Source: a virus (taxonomy: Duplodnaviria > Caudoviricetes). From it: a stretch of DNA of 62,915 nt. The DNA lies in the IMG/VR virus record IMGVR_UViG_3300033142_001753, positions 1 to 62,915 of that record, one strand, 5' to 3'. Positions 29,301 to 37,782 of the stretch are shown one piece after another (position 1 is the stretch's first letter; every line of letters starts with the position of its first letter). Both the position numbers and the translations under genes were made by a program. The notes under the pieces are model-generated. The model ran no database searches and had not been told where the DNA came from. It worked only from the letters and a program-made list of their open reading frames with translations.

Positions 29301-29942
29301 CGTTTTGCCAAGTCTTGTCACCCATCCACCTCTATTAATTAAGGCATTCTTTGTACGGCTATCTATTTGCGAGTCCCACATATCAGCGAAGACATCAATA
29401 TCTTTTTTTTCTGCCGTTGTTGCTGCTGCCTGAGCCTTGGCTTGCTGAACCTTAAAAAAACTCCGAGCTTCAGGGGCCGTAGTAAATGTTTCACCTTCGA
29501 AGACTTCGCTGGTAGTTCCAGTGAAAAAGAGTTTATATTTTCCGTTTGCCTGCTTTTTAGCCTGAACATAACTTGCGGGGATATTGGGCCTGTTTGCAAG
29601 ATCAGATGTTTGCCAGGGCTGCTTTGCCATCCCTATCTTCTCCCTAGGCTCTGCCTTCTTCTCAGGCACCTTCTTCTCAGCTTTAACAACCTTCTTCTCT
29701 GCTTTAACAACCTTCACAGGAACCTTCACAGGAACCTTCACATGTTCCCTCACAACATCACTTATCTTGTCATATTCAGCCTGCGCTTCATTTCTGAGAG
29801 TCCTCACAACCTGCACCATAGCTTCTTTGGGGCCTATTTTTTTCTTTATAGCCAATCTGCGAGATTCTGAGCGCAGGGCTATCTTTTCTTCAGGCGTGAA
29901 TTGATTTTTATATTTCTTGAAACAATATATTGCTGAAGCCAT
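23337..29942 (-). CDS. Very large internal virion / polyvalent (ejection) protein, 2201 aa
   Basis: Multidomain; zincin-like HELGVH near 26530; helical C-terminal region typical of podovirus DNA-transfer proteins. Confidence 0.75.
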   Translation of the reverse strand: MASAIYCFKKYKNQFTPEEKIALRSESRRLAIKKKIGPKEAMVQVVRTLRNEAQAEYDKISDVVREHVKVPVKVPVKVVKAEKKVVKAEKKVPEKKAEPREKIGMAKQPWQTSDLANRPNIPASYVQAKKQANGKYKLFFTGTTSEVFEGETFTTAPEARSFFKVQQAKAQAAATTAEKKDIDVFADMWDSQIDSRTKNALINRGGWVTRLGKTSAEGKEIIKSKWNKVPDDAKVKLKNLMKNWVPEQAKIIAAEKKEEPAKEVEPARGVFEHEAKFSEQPTGAPGPVYVRLGSLTDEVLSKMNRYLKSLGYDVRGKEDIHQHLVGRSLGDGKYAKGKMNKDREIHHPDWADAYERAWKGAEVRKKKLKIKKEKKVSAANVDWDRIRELGKTTDIREAGYITPEGGLIDLSGKREGGEPGTRSYDHREAGGTLGMQEFMALGNIRMDSNTGMVDILVEPTPAQYKKIDELVRAHRGELVIDLGDGLGEQRDTYYLDPDRTSGNEYQKGTTLSEIKNDIERFYAGEKVKLATRPVLFSRVPDMYSALTRAAESPKFPAKLPAKSVINQLKRGAGVKQVEIDVSSLAEWLEGKDRVTKAEVVDFLRMNEIRVEEIEKGEALTHKRLGWMKRGNIYKPSSEFNIGKIEYLPSNGKYIYEGLGGTRDIYDTLDGAKDAALRAAKNIGIRDTKFAEYVLPGGEPGTYRELVLRVPKASVPSHFFDWLDMSRIDFFALPEEKRIKISKKYETEKSKIYKSAHWDEPNVIAHMRGDTRIVDGKRIFHIVEFQSDIYSRIVELEAERAGKIILATDKPGPSAKELANLKRLFPWGENWHELVAKKALEYAVKNDFDGISWDTAKTQVDRWESALRKSVDKIGWSKRGEKVKISGEKDGHYVFDENILLQGETIINGQKVTLNNLIGKELANKIRESSENSGKFEGKDLTLGGEFYKIIYDQKIPGFLKKYGKKWGTKVGKGEVVAGEKPKVDRFHLVDSEGNIVRKVQTEFQAEDIASEENLTVIDTGADIIKTKDAHILNITPAMKDAIQTAGQPLFAEGKAQGKNLTVDTAKAEIAKRIGQKAVDALERTKKVIFITKEEQTDIIGYARASKDQGFFKDGTVYLIPENINEGKAWGVLMHELGVHLGYNKIFGEKLAKEVFAAFVANNGKMTPLGKAVSQAMRRVPYGTRADLINEEAVAYFTEEHANIDLPLHRKIIARMRLWAVKYFGVKPDVFVMDDYVALAASAMRGEIKEAYKAPVEGSREVFYSTAEKKDLQSWADDLIKSAKDGGEIIRKTEPIAANEYLANRKTNRNIKLAATSNMKRVASEIVEGIDKYLGSISTRLGQVSPKLKAKMRRLDFNINTKYNADVKAVKPLLIKAKKMSKEDFADWDYARKNSDIAKINELVTKYDMQKEYLAYREVLGRLRLEGIDAGLDIGEIEEYAPRILKDTEGFLVAIGKDPGWPLYSRQLQERANELGITVAKMPNDIKADIISNTILGGWSGLSGVPATKQRKLEKIPPELNQYYMDSDAALMQHLHSMRKGIETRKFFGKIPKKVAKMRTRLYAAQSKIREMNELLKAKPTEEEAAKLKRRRNKYIGLEKAYTAHIAKYATQRDYTENVGAYVLELIEAKEISPHHERIVNEILNARFHEAGTRGLIQAYKNLSYIDTMGSPISALTQIGDLAWAAYEGGLVRLLGYASKAAIGKAKITRADVGVDRIAQEFADSGALGMAVTKVFKIVGLEKIDAIGKESLMMAALEKYQRQAKKNPNALRKELKPIFEFETDSVIEDLLNDETSENVKLLVYSRLLDFQPVGLSEMPQKYLDAGNGRLFYMLKTFTLKVFDVFRNEAYYKIKNGDRKEKIQGMKNLIMLCMLFVLANAGADELKDWVLGRKTDFSDRMIDNLLRLVGVSKFVTWKARTEGVGSALARQVLPPFKFIDSLGKDIITTGDEKGLEVLGSVPVVGKLAYWHLGRGVSKREDLWNRRLRKRKAHLNKIEEGFEKAKDKGDYRRKHWEELKELQAVKSLQAGLNRSRININKIKGEEETPGRKRTIQRLEKERTEKIRKFLKKADKTDGVVDSIWSGVLGTTAEMNATQAEINRLVGADVLSQSKKPSRSINFGRGRKVKLDDEQYNRYIADTSAIIKKAVDRLMSQARWQGWSDKKKAFAVKRVQERGREIVRNRLKITILKARLEEKRYGHEK

Positions 29943-30182
29943 CTATAATCTCCCAGATAAAACCATGCCCATAATAATTTCAATAATTTCCTTATCATCC
30001 CTTAGCCGCCAGCGATACAAATCTTCCTGGACCTTGCCTGTTACCCCGCCTCCCGCATCGAATATCCGTTCCGGTTTTTCTGTCGGCGGACAATAGAGCA
30101 AACCATCTGTAGCTATACAGAGAGCCGGACATTCCCCCCTCTCGATATATCCTTGCGTTGCTATTGTTATAGAGAGCAACAT
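29943..30182 (-). CDS. Hypothetical virion protein
   Basis: Abuts the 2201-aa gene. Confidence 0.7.
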   Translation of the reverse strand: MLLSITIATQGYIERGECPALCIATDGLLYCPPTEKPERIFDAGGGVTGKVQEDLYRWRLRDDKEIIEIIMGMVLSGRL

Positions 30183-30185
30183 ACA

Positions 30186-30656
30186 TTAAGCAGTCCTTGT
30201 GATAGTAGAAGTCGTCTTCCCATCTCCTGAGATAGTCTGCCGTATTGTTTCTACTTCTCTTGATGTCGGGGTTACTGTCATAGGATTAGTAGAATCGAGG
30301 CCCTGAATTAACCACAGGTCATACAGGTTACCAGCCATCATCGTTAAAACAAAAGCGATAAAACCGAATTCATTATCACAGGTATCGTGTATATCATCTA
30401 TTACACCGTCAGCATAGTATTCCTCGACAGCATAAACGGGCGTTCCTCCCCCAGTATCCCACTTTATCGAACCCTTGAAATCGTCAGCGAAGACAATTTC
30501 TTTACCATAACAACCGCCTCCAATCTCGTATATATCAGCCGTTGCTCTGGCGGTATTGACAGTCCCATTGGAGTTGAGCAGGGTGACACCTATAGTACCA
30601 ACTAGGCCAGTTTGTGAGCCTCCCATCGAGCATGCTTTTGGTAACGTCAGGCTCAT
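30186..30656 (-). CDS. Hypothetical virion protein
   Basis: Packed in the late operon. Confidence 0.75.
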   Translation of the reverse strand: MSLTLPKACSMGGSQTGLVGTIGVTLLNSNGTVNTARATADIYEIGGGCYGKEIVFADDFKGSIKWDTGGGTPVYAVEEYYADGVIDDIHDTCDNEFGFIAFVLTMMAGNLYDLWLIQGLDSTNPMTVTPTSREVETIRQTISGDGKTTSTITRTA

Positions 30657-30896
30657 CTATTTTTTCCTCGGCTTTTTCCCCTCATCTATCTTTTCCTCTG
30701 CTTTCTTTTCCTCGGCTATCAATCTTTGCAGACAGATAATCTCACCCCGGCGGGTAAGTATGCCATCGTGAATATCTGAAAGATCTTTCTGTAGTTTAAG
30801 CTGTGTTTGCTGAGCAAGTTCTTGGCGTTTCATTCTTTGATAGTCAAATTGCATAATTTCTTGTTCTACTTGTTTGATCCTGTCTTCCTTATTCAT
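30657..30896 (-). CDS. Coiled-coil protein, possible tail-fibre chaperone
   Basis: Follows the tail fibre; heptad pattern. Confidence 0.6.
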   Translation of the reverse strand: MNKEDRIKQVEQEIMQFDYQRMKRQELAQQTQLKLQKDLSDIHDGILTRRGEIICLQRLIAEEKKAEEKIDEGKKPRKK

Positions 30897-31064
30897 TATT
30901 CTCCCTTTGCTTTGAAATGAGTAAGCATGTCATCTATCTGCTATTTGTTGTAGTAATGCAGTTTTTTGTGCTTCGAGTGTTGCCTTCGCAATTAAACGCT
31001 CATTTACTTTTGTCTCGATAACAGCAATATATTTTTCATCTGTTTCTTTTATATCTTTTGCCAT
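30896..31064 (-). pseudogene. Small coiled-coil ORF with apparent frameshift near 30935
   Basis: MAKDIKE...LLQQIADR* stops at 30930; the alternative frame IDDMLTHFKAKGE* ends in a TAATG overlap with the next gene. Confidence 0.45.
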
Positions 31065-31073
31065 AATGTCTCC

Positions 31074-33293
31074 TTAAATTAAGTTTTGCCAAGATCCGTT
31101 TTCATAGGCCTGAAATTTTTTTAAAGTTGAATCATAAAGTACCATCCCATTTAAGGCAGTTAACGCATTTTTTTGAGTTGTTGTCATCACTGTAAGATGC
31201 AAAGCCCCTGTTGTTGAGACCAAGTCTAATATGGCAGAGATGGCAGGTGACGTTCCAATCCCAACCTGGCCAGTACTTAACATAGTAATTATGTCCGTAT
31301 TGCTAATACCAAATCTTAGTTTTTCTCCTAATGTCCCATTGTTATATCGTATGTAGCCAGCATCTTGATCCGTTTTATCCCCAAGATCAATGCCGGCTAC
31401 CCCATTTATACCGGAAATTACCGCTAGAATAGAGTTCAAGTCACTCGTTCCATCATTTACAAATGCACCTACACGATCAGGACTAAGATTAGTTGTTCCA
31501 GAATATGATGCTGAAATTTGCATTTTTATAATTGGCTCCGTCGTCCCAATGCCAACATTTCCATCAGCATCAACACTCAAAGCAGGATCAGGGTCTCCGT
31601 CACTCGCCACAAGCTCACTGTGTCTATGCAAGGCGTTAGCCACCGAGTTATCAGTTAAGGTATCAAGCTGAGCCCCAGTAGCAGAAGTGTCACTGTGACT
31701 CACTATGCTATGCAATTCATTATGATGGTCATTAGCCGAAACATCTACCAAACTGTCATGAGACAGGCCGAGGCCGTCAATATCGATTTTCGTCTGATCG
31801 GCGGTGGCTCCGGCCTCTATCCCAGATATATCGATCCCGTCTACTGTTCCGCTGACAGCTATATTGCCACCGACATCTAATATCTCGGTAGGGATACCAC
31901 TCCCTATCTTCCACTTGCCATCACTCCAGATAGAGCCCCTTCGAGTATTCCCTTGCCAGAAACCTATCTCTCCAGATACCGCAGATAGGTGTAATCCTCC
32001 GGTCAAGTTTCCATCGGATTCTAACAATGCCGAATCTGTCTTGTACTGAAAACTCGTTAAATGTCCACCACTCAGGGCACTAAGGGACACACTACCGCCG
32101 TCAGACTGCGCCCTAAAAGCAGCCTTGGCCGCCAAACCATTTGTACCATTATCGACTACCAGGTTTGTTATGTCGTTTTGGTCCTTTACTATATCCCTGG
32201 TACCATCAACCAGGATATATTGATCGTTAGCTAAAAATCCTGCCAGGTTTGTGTGTTCAGCCGCTGTAAGATGGTAATACTCAGCCAGGGTCCCACCCTG
32301 CAAGCCTCCAAGGTTGTTATGCTCAGATGCAGCTACTGCCGTGAAGTGAGAATCCGTTACCATCTGTATCAAGGAGAAACTGCCACCAAGCTTAGGAGCT
32401 ACTATTTTTCCGATAAGAAGGCCGAAGTAGCTCAAATGATCTGGGTGCGATGGTTCGCCTGCTGCTTCTGCCTCTGCTAAGGTATAAGAATCTCTGCCAT
32501 AAAGGGCATAAACGTGATTATCTTCTATGTGTTTGTAGATCCAGAAATTACCATACTTATTGTTCCCTATATCACCGAGGCCTCCATCACCGTCGTCATA
32601 GTGGGCTGTATCTATCGTATTTGATGCTACACCCTCGGTCCAGCCTCCACCACCACCAGCCCGATAAATAGGAACAAAGGTTACTGCCGCTGAATTATAG
32701 GAGGATAGCTCAAATCTATTTATCCCTGCATACGCTATCCCTTCGGTCATCGTGAAGTTGTCCACACCTGAATAGGCTATGGTTGAGCCACTCTGAAGCT
32801 CCACGTCTCGCACTGCCCTGGCCCTTTCGTGTAGCTTCTCAACTCCGTCCTGTAATCTATGACCACTACTTAGATAATGGACAACACCCCCTCCATCCCT
32901 CATGACTCTCCCGATAGGGATATTTCTTTTATCAGTATCGTAGGGGTTATCTACCCCTATGCTTATGGTAGGTGTGCCATCACCATAATTAAGAATTACC
33001 CTATAAATGGTCTCCGCTAACGTTATCTCCTGGCTGTCCTGCTCGGCCAGGGATACCGCAACAAGATCCCCGGTAGAACTGTCGGCTGATCTAAGCATGG
33101 CAGTGAGTGTTGCAACCTTGAAGGTGTTGGCAGCAGTTCCTAGAGATATCTCCCCGCCGGATATTATCATAGGAGAATCTGCGGCACTTGATACATCTCT
33201 CAAGGACGACAGTTCAGTATCTATCTGAGCGTGAGTATTGGCACCTATATCTGCAAGCTCTAAATGACTATCTATTATTCTAATTGCTGTCAT
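31074..33293 (-). CDS. Tail fibre protein
   Basis: Repeated GNVGIGTT/GQVGIGTS modules, His-rich segments, GMVLYDST C-terminus. Confidence 0.8.
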   Translation of the reverse strand: MTAIRIIDSHLELADIGANTHAQIDTELSSLRDVSSAADSPMIISGGEISLGTAANTFKVATLTAMLRSADSSTGDLVAVSLAEQDSQEITLAETIYRVILNYGDGTPTISIGVDNPYDTDKRNIPIGRVMRDGGGVVHYLSSGHRLQDGVEKLHERARAVRDVELQSGSTIAYSGVDNFTMTEGIAYAGINRFELSSYNSAAVTFVPIYRAGGGGGWTEGVASNTIDTAHYDDGDGGLGDIGNNKYGNFWIYKHIEDNHVYALYGRDSYTLAEAEAAGEPSHPDHLSYFGLLIGKIVAPKLGGSFSLIQMVTDSHFTAVAASEHNNLGGLQGGTLAEYYHLTAAEHTNLAGFLANDQYILVDGTRDIVKDQNDITNLVVDNGTNGLAAKAAFRAQSDGGSVSLSALSGGHLTSFQYKTDSALLESDGNLTGGLHLSAVSGEIGFWQGNTRRGSIWSDGKWKIGSGIPTEILDVGGNIAVSGTVDGIDISGIEAGATADQTKIDIDGLGLSHDSLVDVSANDHHNELHSIVSHSDTSATGAQLDTLTDNSVANALHRHSELVASDGDPDPALSVDADGNVGIGTTEPIIKMQISASYSGTTNLSPDRVGAFVNDGTSDLNSILAVISGINGVAGIDLGDKTDQDAGYIRYNNGTLGEKLRFGISNTDIITMLSTGQVGIGTSPAISAILDLVSTTGALHLTVMTTTQKNALTALNGMVLYDSTLKKFQAYENGSWQNLI

Positions 33294-33637
33294 TTTGTTA
33301 CAGCCTCAATTTCTGTTATAAGACCGTCCTGGCCTCTCTTCACGATAAACTTGTAATCCCTTTGCTCCGATACAGGAGCAGGCTCTATTTTTATTTCACT
33401 AATCGAATTTATGAGTCTATTAATGATAGGGGTATAATCTTTCCCAGTGTCCGCCCGCAAAGCATCCTTTATGCCGTCCACACTCTCAGAAAGGTTCGTT
33501 ATAGCCTCGACCTGTTTAGATCGCATAGCGGCCATATTCTGGTTATGTATAGCCTTTTTACTGTCAGGAGTCAACTCCCAGCCTTTACCTTTCAGCTTAT
33601 TTAAATCTTTTTTGGAGATAGTCTTCATATCAGGCAT
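33290..33637 (-). CDS. Hypothetical virion protein
   Basis: C-terminal VKRGQDGLITEI motif; overlaps neighbours. Confidence 0.75.
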   Translation of the reverse strand: MPDMKTISKKDLNKLKGKGWELTPDSKKAIHNQNMAAMRSKQVEAITNLSESVDGIKDALRADTGKDYTPIINRLINSISEIKIEPAPVSEQRDYKFIVKRGQDGLITEIEAVTK

Positions 33638-36600
33638 TCCAGAAATTTGTTCATTTTGTCAAGCTCTTCTTTTGTTTCTCTCAGTGCTACTCCTGCGTCC
33701 TTTGTTACTGTAACGGTCTCACCCGTTTCAGAGACCATCATTTTCATTTCGTACTTTACGCCGGCCTTCTTCTTGGAAGAGAGGAGGGAAGATATTGGGT
33801 CTTCGACTTCCGGCTTGGCCTCGACCGGCTTGGCTATCTTTTCCTCAAGCTCCTCTACAGTATATTCATTGATTCCACGATTCCTGCGGAAACTCTCTGG
33901 CAACTTATCCCACAATTCTTTTTTGTCGGCATCTGCTTTCTCTAATCTATACCACTCCGCAGGATATCTTTCTTTTACTTTATCGAGTTCTCCCTCTTCG
34001 ATCTTCTCTCCGGTTTCTTCAAAATATCGTTTTACGAGATCAATCTGGCTAACAGCCTCAGTGGCTCTGGCCTCCGTCACTTCCGGTTTTTCTTCGGCTA
34101 CCTCCGGTTTTTCTTCGGCTACCTCCGGTTTCTCTTCGGCTACCTCCGGTTTCTCTTCGGCTACCTCCGGTTTCTCTTCGGCTACCTCCGGTTTCTCTTC
34201 GGCTACTTCCGGTTTCTCTTCGGCTACTTCCGGTTTCTCTTCGGCTACTTCCGGTTTCTCTTCGGCTACTTCCGGTTTCTCTTTTTGCCCGGCCCTCCAA
34301 GTCTCAAGTTCGGCCAGGGTCTCTTTATCGAGAGCTTCCTTCTCACTCCAATTTTCTATGAACTCTGCGAATCCCTCATCTTCTTTAAGTCCTTCCAGGT
34401 CTGGATTTTCGTTTTCAACTTCGTTGCGAGTGCTTTCTTCAATCTCTTTTGCGCGTTTTTCATCAAGCCTCCTTATCTCTGATTGTGCAGCTAAATATTC
34501 CTGCTCCTCAGCCTCTGCTCTATCAAATTCCTTCTTTTGTTCTTCAACTTCAACTCTTGCAGCAATATCGATTAACCTCTGCGCTCTCGGCTTGCCTTCT
34601 TTTTGAGCGAAGATATCATTTTGTAGGGTTTCCATGAAATCTTCAGGCTTTGATATCCAACCTTCATCAACTGCCAAGTTAGCCATCTCATCAAAGGGTG
34701 TACCCTTCTTACTCACTAAGCCGACCACTCCAGATTCTTTGCTATGCAAGGCCCTTTGCTCGCCGAGTAATGTTTTATCACCGATGCCTCCCATGGCACG
34801 AACCCAGGAAAGCAGGCTTCCTTTCTCCTCTTTTTTTACTCCACGATCTGGGGCCTCGCCTTTTCCTTTGATATTTATAATCTGGAACCCACCTTTTACT
34901 GCTACTACTTTATGGGTTGCAAGTGATACACCTTTATCTTTGAACTTATCAGACTTTAGGGCATTCTCGGCCCCTGCCCTTGTGCGCCATGGCATGTCGC
35001 CTTTTACGGTTTTACGTAAAATAGGCTTATATTCAACTTCAAGATCTTCTGGAGCCTGCTCGCCAGCTACATAATCTTGGCCCTTCAGATATGTAAGGTC
35101 TCTGGGCCGAACTTTGATTTCAGGTTTCGGTTCAACAAGCTCAAACCCCTGACCAGGTGGCAAGGCTTCCATGCCTTTGAGAGATTTCGCAAGCTCAGGA
35201 CTAAAAGCTTGTTGTACCTCTTCTTCAACTTGTACCGCTATAAGAGTATTTAGGCCGCTCCTGAGACCTGGATATTTTTCTTTAAATCCTTCAATATCTT
35301 CTTTTGTGAAAATATCACCGGCCACGCCCTGGCGTATGAAATCAAGGGCATTATCCTCAGTGAAAGGCTGGCCGTCTAACTCTCCGGTTGTGAGACCATT
35401 TTCTATCGCTTCAGACAATCCATCTTTAACGATCTCTGTTTTTGCATATACCCTCGCAGTCTCTATATCGTCCCTTAATTCTGGATATTCTTTTGATATT
35501 TTTTCCAAATCTGTATCATTAAATAGCTGGCCTTTGTAACCATCTATAACTGAGGATATAGCCAGTTCAGGATCTTTGCCTTCTTTATACTTTGCTGTTA
35601 TATTATTAAGAATATTTTCCTTAAGTTTGTCAACATCATCTTTATCCTTGAATGCCCTAGCACCCAGACCCTGGACAACTCCGGGGACAGAAAAGGAGAC
35701 AAGCTCTACCCCAAGTTGTTCTATCGTCGGTAAACTATACTCCTGTACACCTATACCAGCACGGAGAACTTCCCCTAACCGCTCCTCTGCCATCTCATTC
35801 AGGACCCCATGGTATCCCATTTTTCTGAAAGCAGAGATAGCCTTATTGGGTGCCTTGCTGGGGTTTGCTTTTATGAAAGCAGAGAGTAAGCCACTCTTGA
35901 TTACAGCATTTTTGGCTTCTTTCCCAAGTATGCCAAAAAAACCGCCGCTATGCTCGGATACAGTCTCAGCCCACTGGTCGCCTAATGATTTTAAGGTAGC
36001 CGGTAAAAGATCCTCCCCCTCGCCTGCTATCAATACTCCCAAATCACCCCTCTCCGATTCAGACAATCTGAGTTTCGGAAGTGATCTCTCTATGGTCCCC
36101 TTTACTATCCTCGGCCCACCCATAAAGGGTGTCTGCAGGGTAGCCCCGGTCACGCCACCTGCTATCTTAATACCGACTTTACCAACTTTTTTCTTTAATA
36201 ATTCTTCACCTGTTTTACCTAGATATTTCTTGATAGCACCTGTCGCAGCCTTTGTCCCTATCTTCCTACCAGCAGCATATATTCCGCCTGTTGCAAGAAA
36301 TTCCCCCATAAAGGCAGGCATTGCGGTAACTACATCAAGAACTTTGTATCCGAAGGTGGTATCTTTATTTGCTTCTTGAACAAATTCAAGGAGGTCTGCC
36401 CTTTCTTCATCTGTAGCTTCCCCTTTGTCTAATCTATGGGCAGCAGATGCAATATGAGCTATGTCCTTAACTTCTTTCGCACCGGATACAAAAGGTATAA
36501 AGGGTACAATACCCTCTTTTTTTACCTCCCTCCACTTTTCCATAAAACCAAATTTCTTCGGTTTGCTGATATCAGGTACAGGTTTTTCAGCAGAGATACC

Positions 36601-36789
36601 GGGGGTAGATAAAGTTTTTTTACCAGTCTCTATTTCCTTTACACCAGTATCTAGGCGGTCACTCAACCAATTAGTTGAGGGGGGTGGCGTTCCTCTGCTA
36701 TCGGGAACATCGCTTCCCTTGTATCCGGTAGCTTCGATCTCCGATACTCCCCTATCTAATCTGCTTAATATGTCTTGAGATATTGGCAT
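33625..36789 (-). CDS. Large internal virion (ejection) protein, 1054 aa
   Basis: Gly/Ala-rich helical N-half, acidic C-half; position in the late operon. Confidence 0.7.
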   Translation of the reverse strand: MPISQDILSRLDRGVSEIEATGYKGSDVPDSRGTPPPSTNWLSDRLDTGVKEIETGKKTLSTPGISAEKPVPDISKPKKFGFMEKWREVKKEGIVPFIPFVSGAKEVKDIAHIASAAHRLDKGEATDEERADLLEFVQEANKDTTFGYKVLDVVTAMPAFMGEFLATGGIYAAGRKIGTKAATGAIKKYLGKTGEELLKKKVGKVGIKIAGGVTGATLQTPFMGGPRIVKGTIERSLPKLRLSESERGDLGVLIAGEGEDLLPATLKSLGDQWAETVSEHSGGFFGILGKEAKNAVIKSGLLSAFIKANPSKAPNKAISAFRKMGYHGVLNEMAEERLGEVLRAGIGVQEYSLPTIEQLGVELVSFSVPGVVQGLGARAFKDKDDVDKLKENILNNITAKYKEGKDPELAISSVIDGYKGQLFNDTDLEKISKEYPELRDDIETARVYAKTEIVKDGLSEAIENGLTTGELDGQPFTEDNALDFIRQGVAGDIFTKEDIEGFKEKYPGLRSGLNTLIAVQVEEEVQQAFSPELAKSLKGMEALPPGQGFELVEPKPEIKVRPRDLTYLKGQDYVAGEQAPEDLEVEYKPILRKTVKGDMPWRTRAGAENALKSDKFKDKGVSLATHKVVAVKGGFQIINIKGKGEAPDRGVKKEEKGSLLSWVRAMGGIGDKTLLGEQRALHSKESGVVGLVSKKGTPFDEMANLAVDEGWISKPEDFMETLQNDIFAQKEGKPRAQRLIDIAARVEVEEQKKEFDRAEAEEQEYLAAQSEIRRLDEKRAKEIEESTRNEVENENPDLEGLKEDEGFAEFIENWSEKEALDKETLAELETWRAGQKEKPEVAEEKPEVAEEKPEVAEEKPEVAEEKPEVAEEKPEVAEEKPEVAEEKPEVAEEKPEVAEEKPEVTEARATEAVSQIDLVKRYFEETGEKIEEGELDKVKERYPAEWYRLEKADADKKELWDKLPESFRRNRGINEYTVEELEEKIAKPVEAKPEVEDPISSLLSSKKKAGVKYEMKMMVSETGETVTVTKDAGVALRETKEELDKMNKFLECLI
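34078..34281 (-). repeat. 21-bp tandem repeat (~10 x EKPEVAE)
   Basis: acYtccggtttYtcttcggct units within the CDS. Confidence 0.92.
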
Positions 36790-36843
36790 CTTTTCTCCTA
36801 CTATTTTACTACATATAACACTCTTATGCTACTATCTAACCTG

Positions 36844-37776
36844 CTACAGCTCCATTCTCAACGTTTTTGCGAGAGCCAAGAATTGATCCTTGTGATTTTT
36901 TTGTAACCAATCCAGATATGGGCCACTCTCAGCCTTCGACATTTTCATAACTTTTTCGGCAGGAAGCACATCTTTGTATATTTTGTCCTTTCCTAACCCC
37001 CCTTCTGTAGCATCACTTGGAGGTTTATGAAATTTTACGTTCCCCTTTGGATCAACTGTGTATGGATATTTTTCAAAATCTTTTTCATATGTCCCTGTTT
37101 TATACTCGGGTTGTTCTAATACTAAACTTGCCCTAGCCTGACGGCCCTTTTCTCTTTCTAGTTCTATGCCCCTGGCACCCTCTCTTCCTTCTCTTTGTCT
37201 CCTAGCAAAGGCACTCCCTTGCAAAACATTGTATTGCTCACCAGTATAACCAAAGGCCCTGCCTTTCTCGGCAGCCTCAGCTAATGGTAAGGGAGTATAT
37301 GTTTCCTTTTCAGGTCTTTCTTTAGCGAAGCTGAAACTACCAACATTAGAAAATCTATCAGTTCTGGCAGGGTCTTGAACCGCTGTAGCCCCTGGTTCAC
37401 CAATTCTACTGGGCACATTGGTATAAAGAGGAGCCCTAGGCCTTGTTGCGCTGCTTTTCTTAGAAGGCAATTTTCCTGCAGGTTTGCTTACAGCAGCAGG
37501 CTTTACCGAAGGTGCTGAAATCTTTTTTGTTTTTTTCTTCTCATCTAGACCCCACGCACGCTTGAAAGCTTTTACATTTTCTCCCATAACTCTCGGAGTC
37601 TTTACACCAGTAACATATTCGGTGGCGACGCTAACCGGATCATATATAGTAGATCCAGCTACTCCTAGGGCTGTACCGGCCATTTTACCGGCTCTCCCTA
37701 TATCCTTAACTAATTGGGGAGTTTCCCAATTAGAAACCAAGCTTTCTCTTATTTTTCTTCCTAAATTAGTCGGCAT
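36844..37776 (-). CDS. Putative internal virion protein
   Basis: Low-complexity basic ORF preceding the large ejection protein. Confidence 0.65.
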   Translation of the reverse strand: MPTNLGRKIRESLVSNWETPQLVKDIGRAGKMAGTALGVAGSTIYDPVSVATEYVTGVKTPRVMGENVKAFKRAWGLDEKKKTKKISAPSVKPAAVSKPAGKLPSKKSSATRPRAPLYTNVPSRIGEPGATAVQDPARTDRFSNVGSFSFAKERPEKETYTPLPLAEAAEKGRAFGYTGEQYNVLQGSAFARRQREGREGARGIELEREKGRQARASLVLEQPEYKTGTYEKDFEKYPYTVDPKGNVKFHKPPSDATEGGLGKDKIYKDVLPAEKVMKMSKAESGPYLDWLQKNHKDQFLALAKTLRMEL

Positions 37777-37782
37777 AATATT

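Noticed and set aside
33647-36379. Long plus-strand ORFs (319, 267 aa and others) opposite virion genes
   Set aside because: Ser/Phe-rich antisense shadows of Glu/Lys-rich genes, with no RBS or motifs.
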